Source: Nemertoderma westbladi (taxonomy: Eukaryota > Animalia > Xenacoelomorpha). From it: a DNA stretch of 64,000 nt. This document shows positions 37,206 to 49,517 of this stretch, in pieces; position 1 is the stretch's first letter; every line of letters begins with the position of its first letter. Location of the stretch: assembly GCA_032718475.1 (NCBI GenBank), contig JAUCBJ010002220.1:1-64000 (forward strand). The letters are read 5' to 3'. Both the position numbers and the translations under genes were made by a program. Below the pieces are notes generated by a model that searched no databases, was not told the origin of the DNA, and was given only the letters and a program-made list of their open reading frames with translations.

Positions 37206-38052
37206 TTAGGAGTTTACAAATAGATTTCCACGTACCTGTACACCGTAGTAAGGACAGCGGTAGAATTCCATTGTCTTTATATGTGAACATTGAGGGTAGT
37301 ACCCTTATGTGTCACATAGGAGCGGGATTTGTAGGTATAAGAAATGGAATTCTACTTGGAACTCACAATATTGAGACATTTTCGAAATTTTAGACAATCC
37401 ATTTGGATTTGAAAAATTTTTAAAAATTTCTCCAGTGAATAGATTTCAGGGTACAGTCGGGTGGAACTTAAAATTAGAGAAACAAGTAGATGGAAGACTT
37501 GCGAGCCTTTCTTAAAATTTTAATTAAATTTTACACGGTCTTGATTCAATAAGTTACGTCAAATAGACTCCCCTATATTTATTACTAATTCTTGATTGCT
37601 TATTTTCTGATAATAGTTTGGGATCAAAAAATGAGTATTTTAGACTCACGGCCAGTTTAGCCCAAATTCGTTTTTACTTCGGCAAAAATTTTAGATAAGA
37701 AGCAGCGTGTCATTAAAGAAACCTTAGATCTTAGGCTATGGGTAGGAGGTTAGAGCGTTGTCGAAGCCCAAAGGGCAGACGAAACTCTCACGTCTCCTCA
37801 CAACTAACCACAAACTCTGTTGTATTCCCTCTAGTAGTAATGATTATGTAACTACACCCTAATTATGGAGAAAGGGATATAAGGAGAGCCGAGATGGGGA
37901 TATGATATCCAAGAGGAAGCGGCAGCTTCATTCGAACGATTTGGAGCAAAAGATTACACTATATTCGGTATAAAGGAATTATCAGAAAGTACAGCGAAGC
38001 TCGCAAAGACAGCAATGCCTTTACTCGAGCAGGATTTAGTATATTTCGAGAC

Positions 38053-38931
38053 GTGTATCTTCGCTGTGCGGGATCTCTTATCGAAAGACCATCTATGTTT
38101 ACATTGTTACCCTATGAAGGAGAACGTATCGTGGAAATTACGGATGAATCACGGCAGACGCGCGCGCCTATCGGTCACCTTGGTGATGAATTCGAAGTAA
38201 CTACTACGATCGCCGACGATCCTTTAGAGGAACTTCTTGAGATAGAAAGGAACCTCCCGAAGAAATCTCAGACGGAGATTCGACAACTTGAAGCAACAGA
38301 TGCTATAGTTTGTATACAACCTTCAGAAACCTACCAACCCATAGACCCAGATGATTACGATTATAGTATGGGAGGAAGCGCTCGACCGATTGGAGATCTT
38401 ATATACGAACGAGTGTGGTACCCTGCTAATACGATGTGTAGTAAATGTGGCGTCGCTGGACATCATATGGCAAAGTGCAGTGGAAAGCACATTACTACGA
38501 CTCAGCTAATCTGTGGATGGTGTGGGGATCAAGGGTCTCATACCTTTTATACTTGCTGGAGATTTATGGCTCAGTGTACTTACTGCAATATAAAGGGACA
38601 TCGAGCATCTGAATGCCAACTGAGAGATATACCTTATGAACACGAATCTGTAAAACTCGTGAGGAAGTTATTTGATGAGTGGGAAGATTTAGCCGACGAA
38701 CATGTATCGGCACAGAGAAGACGGTTTCCGATGAGAGCGCATCTCGGATTTTGGGCGGTAAATCCCCAGACGATGATGTCGGAAGGATACATCTCCGCTA
38801 TGCCCCAATATGACGAACTTATCGAGGTTGTTGATATTTTGCCCCACGACAGCGGATTCCGAGTGGTGCGCGAGTATCTGTTACAGATTCACCCAGATAA
38901 CAAAACACGTGGAATTTTCAGAAAGTCGTAA
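38053..38931 (+). CDS. Accessory ORF with three CCHC-type zinc knuckles (true start uncertain; frame open from 37906)
   Basis: CSKCGVAGHHMAKC, CGWCGDQGSHTFYTC and CTYCNIKGHRASEC; lies between pol and the 3' LTR. Confidence 0.7.
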   Translation: MYLRCAGSLIERPSMFTLLPYEGERIVEITDESRQTRAPIGHLGDEFEVTTTIADDPLEELLEIERNLPKKSQTEIRQLEATDAIVCIQPSETYQPIDPDDYDYSMGGSARPIGDLIYERVWYPANTMCSKCGVAGHHMAKCSGKHITTTQLICGWCGDQGSHTFYTCWRFMAQCTYCNIKGHRASECQLRDIPYEHESVKLVRKLFDEWEDLADEHVSAQRRRFPMRAHLGFWAVNPQTMMSEGYISAMPQYDELIEVVDILPHDSGFRVVREYLLQIHPDNKTRGIFRKS

Positions 38932-39164
38932 ATCGTATCACGTATGGTGAATTTGATCGTTTCCGAACCGAAAAGCGGAATAAATGAGCTTGGTTAACCG
39001 TCGCATGGGCGTACCGAGCCGCGTTTTACCATAAACGTATACGAGCGAGCGTATTCGAGGAAGAAGAGGTCCTAGAGGCGACGAATATATCAGCCACTCC
39101 GGTTGCGCCGTCTGCACGTCACCCTCGGGAGGACGGGCAGGGTAGGATCATACGGGTCCAGAAA

Positions 39165-39566
39165 GTGGGCCAACAATTGAAGAAAATTATTAATGTGGAA
39201 GAACGCAAGGGAGTTGAGCCGACTATTCGAGTTACTCGGGATACGGTATCACTTCCAAGAGAACCGGTAGGAGGATCGGGACATACACCAGCTGATCAAC
39301 AGGGGGCGCAAGCTACTCTTGGGTCTGCGTCGTCCACTCCTCGCGCGTTCCCAGACGTTCTACCAACTGTAGCGACAACTGATCGGTCACGAGGAATTGG
39401 TCGAGGTTTTGGGATGCCAAATAGACGAATTTGCGAGGAAATAGTCGCACCGTCTCTCAACGTCCCAAGTAAACCAGTGACTCGCCCCACCAGTCCCATA
39501 TCGCGAGCAAAGTCACCTGTGCGCAGTTTTCGAGGACGCGGCAGGGCTCGATCTACTAAGCGATAA
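39165..39566 (+). CDS. Second accessory ORF or exon, Pro/Ser/Arg-rich with RG-rich C-terminus (frame open from 38988)
   Basis: GC-rich, coding-like composition; ends RSFRGRGRARSTKR just before an AT-rich 3' UTR. Confidence 0.45.
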   Translation: MGQQLKKIINVEERKGVEPTIRVTRDTVSLPREPVGGSGHTPADQQGAQATLGSASSTPRAFPDVLPTVATTDRSRGIGRGFGMPNRRICEEIVAPSLNVPSKPVTRPTSPISRAKSPVRSFRGRGRARSTKR

Positions 39567-39689
39567 AAGGGAGGGCAAGGGTGGACGGAAGACTCGTGAG
39601 CCTTTCTTATGATTTGTGATTTATTTGAATTATATGTTTTATATTTAGAAAGTTTTGTATTCTGAAAGGGACTCATATTTAGTAAAAAC

Positions 39690-40240
39690 TTATATTTTAT
39701 ATTTGTGCTTATTCCAAACTTATGCAATTTGTATTGTTCCGAATTTATGAAATTTAGAAAGTTTATATTTAGAAGGAACTTATATTTGAAAGATTTATGT
39801 TTCATATTTGAAGATGCAAAGGAGTTTATATTATTCTAAACTTATGCAGTTTATATCTATATTTAGTAAGACTTATATTTGTAAGAATTTATATTTTATA
39901 TTTGTGATTATTCCGAACTTATGCAATTTATATTATTCCGGACTTATGCAATTTATATTGTTCCGAATATTATGCAATTTATATTTTATAAGCAGTATTT
40001 GTATTTACAGTGAAATTGAAAGTTTTATAGATAGAAAATTTGTGCTCAGAAAGACTCATATTTGTAATTATTCCGAACTTATGCAATCTACATTTAGGTA
40101 CGAAAGTATTTGTAATTACTTGAATTTATGCAATATTTGAGATGCAATAGTAGATGGAAGACTCGCGAGCCTTTCTTATTGTTTTCATTTATTTGTATTT
40201 GTAATTGTTTGAATTTATGCAATATTGAGATGCAATAGAT
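39690..40240. repeat. AT-rich degenerate repeats (ttccgaacttatgcaattta) in the element B 3' UTR
   Basis: ttatgca and ttccgaa recur many times. Confidence 0.7.
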
Positions 40241-40470
40241 TTATATTGGTGAATTTAATTTAGATTTATATTGTACTTACTTAGTAAAGCCTTAAATACG
40301 TAAAGTTTGAATTTGTAATTATTTTGTATCGAATCATTACGTAGAAAGGAAGTATCGTTTGAAATTTAATTGTAAATATGTAAGTACGCCCTAAGTATTC
40401 TATAGTTTGATTGATTATTGGTGAAAACCGTATATTTTATGCACGATAATATCCTGTTTTCATGGAGCGG

Positions 40471-42389
40471 TATAGAATTATATTCCCTAAATGCCGTGGA
40501 TTTTCAAAATTTTATTTTATTCGAATTAACTTTGTAAAGATTGCTTTGAGTTCTCATTAGTATTGGTTCTATCTATTATGCATCTATCGATCAAGTGGTT
40601 CAGTAGCTCAGTTGGTAGAGCGTTGGAAATTATATGTGTAGTAGGTATCGAGTTCGAATCCTAGTAAGTGCGAATTATTTTTTGTGCAGAATTTCAACTC
40701 ATTTAAATTAACCGCTACAAATTAATTGCATTTGTCTGTACCAATAAGGCTGTAGTTATTTGATTGTAACCAATGTCGTGCAAGTTATATATTAGCTGGA
40801 CCAATAAGCTATCTTTAAAACCTCGTTAGAACCCATAGAACAATCGAGAATTTTCTCGATTGATTGCAGCACAAATTTAGTATATAAAGGTGCGATTCGT
40901 TCATTAGTTATCTCTCAATCTACTCAAGCCATCATTCACTTTCTGTCTTATTTCAGATTACATTGTTTATTGTATAATAGTTATTATATCTTTTGTAATA
41001 AAAGTCAGAAATACTAGTCACATCTCAGCCCTTTTCTATCTGTTTTACTATGGTTTCACTACGGTGAACAAACTCAGGGACAGGATGGCCGGCTAGAGAT
41101 CGGGCCGCAGCAATGAACGGGAACATCACGGGAATGTAGACGAGAGACAACCCGCAATACCATCTTAGAGTTATTCGCCCATCGCCTGAAAGGTTAGACA
41201 GCGTTCGATCCTTGCTACCTAAGTGTAAGACCAAAAGATCAAAGGTAGACGTAGTGACACGCTGCAAGCCTAAAATTACATCATAGGGACTGTACTGTCT
41301 TGATTCAGGGAAAACCGCAGTAGACCTTCATATTCCTACGGGGGGAGAGGGAGAGAGAGCAGATACTAGTACGCAGATAGGACGTAGGCACACCGGTACA
41401 AGGCATACACATTGGTTAGGGTGCAGCAAACTGTACGCTTAACTCTTGCTAAGTACAGGTGTGTGTGCGACTATTTGCCGTACAACGGTGTCCGTTACAT
41501 CAGAACTTGTAGGCTAGGGGGGTTGCTGTGTTTTCACCTGAATTGGGATTGTACCGTTCAGGCGGTAGGGCAGTTTACGCTAGGCGCAAATAAATTGAGG
41601 CTATCAGGGATACTAACATCTACCGTGTCCCCGCCAACGCCCTAATAGGAAGTTACCCGGACTACCTGGGTGACTAAAATTCTAGATAGGAGCCAGGATA
41701 GCTATTAGTACCCGTACGCCTACAGTAGTAAACTAACACATCTCTTCTTAGTATCAGGGACCTGGTACCTAAAATTGCCGAATTCTGGGCGTAGTATTAA
41801 CCTTATGCCTGAATTTGAGTCCTGGAAATACGCAAGAGGGGAAGGAACCTTATCATTCGTGAGTATTGGACCTACAAGTTATAAAATTAGAATATTCGTA
41901 AAATGCACACCGTACCCAGTAATTATATATGTGAAGGAGCAAAACTGCTTTGACCGTTCAGAATTAACACATGCGCGTTAAAATTTATTTACACCTCGAA
42001 ATATATAAAATTAACTTTTGTCCTTACTGCACTTTGCTCGCTAGTTAGACATCTCCAAATCTGCTCTATACCTAGCTAGCGTCCTTTTGCCCAACCATAT
42101 AAATCACACCGCGGCAAAGTATACGAGCCTCTTAGTCCGTCAGTGAGTCAGCCTGATTTTAGGATTCGCTGCGCGGGATTTTGTTTTATCGAAGTTTGTC
42201 TGCTCGTAGACTGTTTTCTGCCTCACCGGTTAAAAGAGATCGATACTGCAATATATTCGCTTACTTGGGGTTTACTGTTTTGGTGAGAAGGTCGGATTTA
42301 TGATTTGATTTACAAACTTTACAGTAGGATATTGCAGGTATTGTTACCGTCTCTTCCGATAGTAGGAATAGGCGTATCTCTCCAATTTA
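40471..42389 (+). repeat. 3' LTR of element B
   Basis: Direct repeat of 25831-27749, preceded by the short purine-rich GGAGCGG. Confidence 0.95.
40597..40683 (+). ncRNA. tRNA-derived Pol III cassette, 3' LTR copy
   Basis: Identical to 25957-26043. Confidence 0.75.
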
Positions 42390-42459
42390 ATTTGTCTAAC
42401 CTAAAACAGACTAAAGTCTAACGTTAGATTAGCGTAATTAACGTAAAATGTTTGCAGGG

Positions 42460-44037
42460 CTGGTTCCTTTATGGATAAATCACTGGGCGAGTTACTGACA
42501 TTAGAAAGTTATCCAGTATCAGTTAAACTAAACACCCTACTTTCACAGGAAGGAAAAGAACTTCAACAGACGTCTTGTCTAATTAGTTCTATAATGCCAG
42601 ATAGTAATATTACATTACATGCCAGTGAACTACTATTAATTCAAAATTTGCATTTGAACTATACTAGACCGTCCCAATGGTCGTTAGATCGTCTACCTTA
42701 TTTGAAGAATTTAAATTTGGAATATCCAACGGTGGACGTCAATCGGATTTCTATGCTAATTGGCTTGAATAATCCACGTGCCCATCGCGTCTATAAGACT
42801 GTATGGGGACCAACCCCTTACGACGAAGAAAATAATCCACACGCGATTAAGACTCCCTTTGGATGGACAATAGTGGGTCCAATCACTGACTGTAGAATAA
42901 AACCCTCACTGCCTACATCGAGTATAAAACCAGTTGTGGAAACAAACCCCGATATAGATCTAGAAATACATACCTGCGTGCCAATGGTAAGTGAGAAGTA
43001 TGACTTTGTAGAGCAGATGGAGAATGTGGAGCAGCCATGCACATGGCGTTTACAGAATGATGGCGAACATGATGTTTTCCATAACGAAGTCGCAACAATA
43101 GACATAAATCATGTACAATGTTGTCCATGGAGACTTGATACGAGTACAGGGGACGAAGCAACCCATGATTTGTTAAAGAAATTTTTTGATTCGGAAGCAT
43201 TTGTTTGTCCTACCCGCATTGTCAATAAATCTATACAAGATCATAAATGCAAGAAAATTTTGAAAGAAAGCACTCGTTTCATCAATGGACACTACCACGT
43301 AGAAATGTTATGGCTTGATAAAGACAAACCACTGATTAATAATAAATATTTAGCCCTGACCCGCTTAAGATGGATAAAGCGTAAATTGATTAAAATGCCT
43401 GACGAACATAATAAATACCAAGCAATACTAGACGATTATGAAAAAAAGGGTTATGTCAGACGCCTTTCCTTGGTGGAAAAGTTGTTACCGGATGGTCCTA
43501 GGAAATATTACCTCCCAACTCACCCCGTATGGGATCCAAATAAACCAGGTAAGTTACGCATTGTACTTAATGCTGCAGCGCAATATAAAGGGATGAGTTT
43601 AAATTCAGAGCTCATGGAAGGACCCAATATATACACATCTATTGTTGATGTCCTCCTTAAGTTTCGTCAACATCGTGTGGTGTTTGGATCAGACGTGGAA
43701 GGTATGTTTCACCAAGTATGGACATTCGATAGAGATTCGCAATCCCAGAATATTATTTGGTGGGAGGGGGACACTGAGCCAAGTGAGTTACAGGACTTAA
43801 TTGTGTATCAAATGCTAGTGCATGGGTTCGGGAAAAAGGATTCTCCATGCGTTGCAACGCACGCATTGCGTCAGTCGGCGTACGACCATCGTGAAGAGTA
43901 CCATCGTTCTGTTATAGAAGCGATTACAAGAGCATTTTACGTAGACGACTGTTATACTGGAGCAGAAACTGTAGATGAGGCAGTTAGATTAGCCCATGGT
44001 ATCACCAATTATTTAAAAATGGGGGGGTTTAATTTAA
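42460..44037 (+). pseudogene. pol: Element C pol, N-terminal fragment (protease remainder and RT)
   Basis: GSFMDK, MLIG, KTPFGW, YYLPTH, KLRIVLN, FYVDD and MGGFNL; the frame is broken at TTAA by the insertion. Confidence 0.9.
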
Positions 44038-46834
44038 GGGGGGAGGATAATAAAAGACAATACATATTTGAAATGTAAAGCTAGACTGAAGTAATAAATG
44101 TATTACTTTGAGATTTTGACATATCTTGTATAAAAGGTCGGAATTGACGAAAAAGGAAAAAAAAATTGAAAATTTTAAATATATACAAAATTTTGGCAAA
44201 AAATGCGGAATCTCTAAAAATCACTAAGGCTTCTATAAAAAATATTGCACAAGGACAAAAATTCGGTGAGCTCTTATTTAGGTCACCCTAAACAAGCTGT
44301 ACAGACAAAATTTTAATATTTTGTCAAAAAGTGTAAAAACACCAAAAGGGACCATTTTCGCACGAAAAAAAGTGAAAAAGTCGAAAAAATGAGATATTTT
44401 TCAAAATAAATCAAGAACTTGTGAGGAAATAGAAATTCTGTCTGTAGGATTTGTAGACGACAACCTAGGCATCATGTGTACAAAAAATCAGCTTGTTACA
44501 TTGATTTTTGGCAAAGCCTTAGCATTTTTCATTTGAAAAAATCAATATTGAAATAAATGCTATTTTATGTTATACTTTAATATTTTATTACAAAAAAATT
44601 TCTTAAATTTCAATTTAAATCGCTTGCTGTTGACGATTTTTAATAATTTTTTTTTCCCAAATATTCTACACTTTCCACAGAATGCAAATATGATAATGGT
44701 AACTGGAATAACCACAGTAAAAACTCGAATATTCGAAATATAAAATTAGTTATATTTAAAAATATGGAACATAAGATCTAAAAAAATTGAAAATACAGCC
44801 TATAAATTACGTCATAATCTAAATCTAAAAGGTTAAAAGGATCCCGATGAATAGTTTTTTGGGTCAGGTGCCTCCCACTTTTTTGAGTGCTTGAGCTCTG
44901 CACTCTTCGACCTCCTTCTATTGTTTGCCGCCTCTGCTCTTTCAGCCATGTCACCATCGTCTTCTTCCAGTCCGAGTTTCTTCAATATCAATTGCTCGGC
45001 ACTGCAACCCCTATTGTGGATCAGAACAGCATACGACACATGAAACATAAGGGTTTTTAGGCCCACAAATGACTCCTTAGAAAGGCGAGTCCACAATCTG
45101 GAATGTATTGACTCATTCCGATTCTGAGTCAGGCCAGGAATACAGCGTTCTAGAAGCTGATCTGTTGTAAGGCGTTGGTACACTTGCAAGATAAATTTCA
45201 AGTTGATTTCCTTTACTATAGTAACTACCTTATAACTGGGATCCTTGTTCCGAAATTTACACCACTTATTGTTAGGGCAGAACTGATGACGTTTCTCAAT
45301 ATTATTATCGCCGTAGTCACAATAATGATGGGCAGCTGCAATCACTTCTGTTCGTATAGTTTCTATTAGATTGGATTTCTCATTATCGGTAAGATTATCT
45401 ATATCAACTCCAGATATATTATTTACTATTGCGTTTCTATAAAACGATTGAAGCTGGTGGCACCGCTTATCAGTAAGACCTCCTCTCCCCCCGAGCTTGT
45501 GTGTCTTACGTACATTGGAAAGACCGGTAAATAAACGCTTGGAGACATGGTTTATGCATTCCTTCTTCTCAACGGTTACATTCTGGTCCTTATATGGATC
45601 AGACTCTAATATGGCCTTCAGCACACTGCTGTCACCATCCGACACAATGGACCCATACACCAAGCCATTGGTTACTACAGATCTACCAAACATCTGGACT
45701 GCCAACTGCGGCTCCATCCCTGAACTTGATCCGGTATAATTTATATTGCAGTCATGTCCCTCTTCGACAACCTGTTGGCGGCAACATACACTACAGTACT
45801 TGGAGCAAACATCAAAATCAAGTACATGGCCTGTACTTTCTGATATAATAAAGGCAACTCCATATAGTGATTGGTGGCCACGTCGCATCCAGGTTCCATC
45901 GAAAGAGACACATATCACGGTATCCGATTCCTTCTGCGCGCAATTTAGAGCGTTTCCACGGGCCAGAGCTTCTGTTGTTTCGGATATAGCATCAACTTTC
46001 AACCGCCACGCTCGTTTAGCCACTGGCGATGGCAGTGACATAACTCGGGAGAAAGTTTCAGCGTCCCACTGAGTTCCTCCAATGCAAAGCCAGGCTTAAA
46101 CTGATCTGAGATTCACATCGGCAGTTATCCGGCCCGATCCAGGTTTGGGTACGTCAACAACGCTGCTTGTGTCTGTTGAATAAATCCAACCACAACAATC
46201 ACACATGCCCTCATATTTGACACTGTAACCACGATGAGAAGTTTCGCTAACTTCCACTGTACCGCCACAATGTGTAGATGAATGTATATCAGCAATCAAT
46301 TTCTTTATAATTCCAGTTCCTACAATATCGTAACCTTCCATGCCACCGGTTGATGGTAGAACAGTTAAATTAGCTGCTATCTCAGATGGTTTGGATTGTT
46401 TCGCTTCTATCTTATTTTGTTTCTGCGTTCCTCCTCGCAAACCTTCCTTTTTTCTTTTTTGAGGCCTCGGCATGACAATAATCTTAGGTAACGGTAAATT
46501 TACAAATTTTAAATAGCCTATAACAGTACAAGATGACAGACAGTGTTAATCTTTATAGTAATTTCACCTTCAAATTTCCCTCCAAAAAACAAATGATATT
46601 GAGAGTACTGTTACTGTGTAATAAGTAGAGTACAGTACTTATGTTCAACCCAAACCATTATTTTTTACCGTAGGTAGTCCTTTTGCCAAAATATTGAAAC
46701 TTTTTAATTAAAACACTTTTTTATATGCCACACAGGTCGAGCACTATACAAGCTACGGACAATCTGACACCAGATTTGAAATCCTCATAAAATTTGCAAC
46801 AAAATAGCATCAAAACATTTATTATCCTCCCCCC
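44038..46834 (-). mobile_element. Kolobok-type DNA transposon (2797 bp)
   Basis: 17-bp TIRs GGGGGGAGGATAATAAA; TTAA TSD (44034-44037 and 46835-46838). Its removal restores GGFNL-TKFVSN in pol. Confidence 0.9.
44833..46473 (-). pseudogene. Kolobok DDE transposase (~546 codons) with a single in-frame TAA at 46096-46098
   Basis: The two tracked ORFs are in frame and linked by DVNLRSV*AWLCIGGTQWDAETFSRVM. Motifs SFDGTW..RGH.S, SKYC..C, GSSSGME, SDGDS, KECINHVSKR and TQNRNES. Confidence 0.88.
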
Positions 46835-46838
46835 TTAA

Positions 46839-49426
46839 CTAAATTTGTATCCAATTCGAGGGAATTTTTAAAGTTAATCCCTGAAGAGAAGCGAGCCCAG
46901 AGAGATCTCGATTTGAACTTTGATGAACTGCCAGTGACCAGAGCTCTGGGGACTCTTTGGTCCCCCGAAAGTGATATTTTTACGTTCACAACGTCCACTA
47001 AGGAACACCCAGCATCTAAACGTGGTTGTTTGAGTGCGGTAGCATCCATCTATGACCCAATTGGTCTAGTGGCACCGGTAGTCTTACAAGGCAAACAATT
47101 CCTACAAAAATTGTGGGCAAATAAAGTAACCTGGGATGGTATATTATCATCTGACATGTCTTTAGAATGGGCTCAGTGGTATGAGCAATTAACACTCCTC
47201 TCTAAACTCTCAATACCGCGACATTATTTCCTCAATGAGATTTCCCATCCTGATGATATTTTGCAGTTACATCACTTTTGTGATGCAGGCTTAAGTGGTT
47301 ACGGATGTGTCTCTTATCTGCGTCGGGTGTCTACCATAGGTCTCATTTCATGTACATTGGTATTTGCAAAAACCCGTACAGCACCTTCGAAGGGAATTTC
47401 TATCCATAAACTAGAATTACAAGCAGCGGTATTGCTTTCCCGTAGCCATGTTCAGATTATGTCCAGCATCACCCTGCATATCCAACCTAACAACATAATC
47501 TGTTGGTCGGATTCTACGGTTGTTTTGTGTCAAATAGCTAATGAGGCACGTAGATTTGAAACATACGTAGCAAATCGCACTGTTGAGATTGGTCGACATT
47601 TAAACCCAGAACAGTGGCGGTATATTCCCGGAACTCAAAATCCCGCCGACATTGCCAGCCGAGGTTCTACACCTTCAGAATTTGTCACTAAATACCAAGA
47701 TTGTTGGTTTAATGGACCCAAATTTTTGAGGCGACCTGAGATTGAATGGGATGAATCTCTTAGACTTTCTAACCCTATGAAAGATCAAGTAATTCCCCAA
47801 GACGCCGGATTAAAATCAGAAAAATCTACTAAACCAATTAAATCGAAGGTGATTGCTGCGGTAATAACTGGAAATCACTTTAGAGGGATACATAATTTAC
47901 TTCATCGGTTTAATTCTTTCGAAATGTTAGTAAAAGTGGTAGCTCGCTTTCTTGTAAAGTTTCACTACAATAGGTGCCGGTTGAGCGTTCAAACTGACCA
48001 ATTAATTGATGTGATAAATCCAGAAACACTTTACAAGACATGTAACCAACAAGCTCAAGTAAGAGTACTCGCCTTAGTACAGAAAGATGTCTATGGAGAT
48101 ATAATTAGATCGATGTTAAACAAACAAACTACCCGCTTACCCAGATCTCTAGCTATTCTTAACCCATTCATCGGCAAGGATGGTTTGCTCCGAGTTGGTT
48201 CTAGAATACCACTAATAGACTCCTCAGAATATGACTTTATATTTCCCATCATATTACCTGCCTCGCATCACGTATCTATGGTAATTGTAAGAGATATTCA
48301 TATAAATACTGGACATTTAGGAATCGACTATACAGTTCAAAAGGTACGTAAAACTTACTGTATAAATTCGTTACACCGATTAGTTAAGGCGATTCAACGT
48401 AAGTGTATATTCTGCCGCAAGAAATACGCCCAGCCACTTACACAGATGATGGCACCCCTTCCGGCAGTACGAACAATTGGTTATGTTCCTCCCTTTTCCA
48501 GAACTGGAGTAGATTTATTCGGACCTATGTATGTTGTTCGGGGGCGTGGGTCAGAGAAACGCTACGGTGTACTATTAACATGTATGATATCACGTGCCAT
48601 AGTATTAGATCTATCTATGAATTATAGTGCAGATGCATTGTTGTGCGTCCTCAGACGCTTTATTTGTAACCATGCTGGCGTCGAACGTATTTATTCTGAC
48701 CAAGGCAGCCACTTTGGAGGCAGTAAAACAGAACTTGACAATTTACTTATCCAAGCCAAAGAACTTGGCATACCTGATGAAGTAATTGGAAAAATCGAAT
48801 GGGAGTTTCAAACACCAACCGCAAGCCATCACGGGGGCGTCTGGGAACGTCTAATTAGGACCACAAAAGATACACTAAACGCCTTATTAACTAAACGACA
48901 TTCTCAACATAAACTTGTTACTGAAGAGGTGCTACGTACTACGTTGTCTGAGGTACAATATTTAATTAATGACCGCCCATTGTGTGCATTGAATGACGAT
49001 GTAACTTCTACTGAGGCTCTTACTCCCAATCATTTGCTGTTGCGTCGAACAACAGCACTCCCGCAGTCTATTAAATTGATACATGAGATGTATGACGGTA
49101 ATGAGAATGAAGTGCAGTACAGATCTATGTGGCGCAAATCGCAGCATATTGCAAGTCAATTCTGGAGAATATGGCGGAATACTTATATCCAACTCTTAAT
49201 CTCACGACAAAAATGGTTCAAACCAAGTCGAAATTTAGCAGTTGGAGATTTAGTTTTGGTTACTGATCCGGATACTAAACGGTTTAAATGGAAACTCGGA
49301 AGAATTGAGAGTGTATTACCTAGTTCTGATGGATTCGTGCGATCAGTACATGTAAGAACAGGTACTTCAGTTCTATGTCGCCCCGTTCAGCGTTTATGTC
49401 TGTTAGAGATGGCTGTCGATGGTTAA
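46839..49426 (+). pseudogene. pol: Element C pol, C-terminal fragment (RNase H and integrase)
   Basis: YDPIG, LHHFCDA, NPADIASRG, GVDLFGP, SDQGSHF, GGVWERL and RPVQRLCLLE; the frame is intact. Confidence 0.92.
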
Positions 49427-49517
49427 AAATTAATAATTATTTAGTAAAATAAATAATAATAAATACACTGGGACTGAGTGTTGTATGTGTGATGAACTAA
49501 ATACATTGTTTGGAGTA

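Larger units (their letters stand above)
25831..42389 (+). mobile_element. Element B: full-length, intact BEL/Pao LTR retrotransposon (16,559 bp)
   Basis: Two 1919-bp direct repeats offset by 14,640 bp; 5-bp TSD ATTTG (25826-25830 and 42390-42394); uninterrupted gag-pol. Confidence 0.96.
23234..42459. mobile_element. Non-autonomous TIR DNA element (CCC-ended, CMC/EnSpm-like; ~2.66 kb net) interrupted by element B
   Basis: The left end CTGCAAACATTTTGACGTTAATT is the inverse of the right end AATTAACGTAAAATGTTTGCAGGG. It has ACGTT-rich subterminal repeats and internal minisatellites. Superfamily assignment is tentative. Confidence 0.75.
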
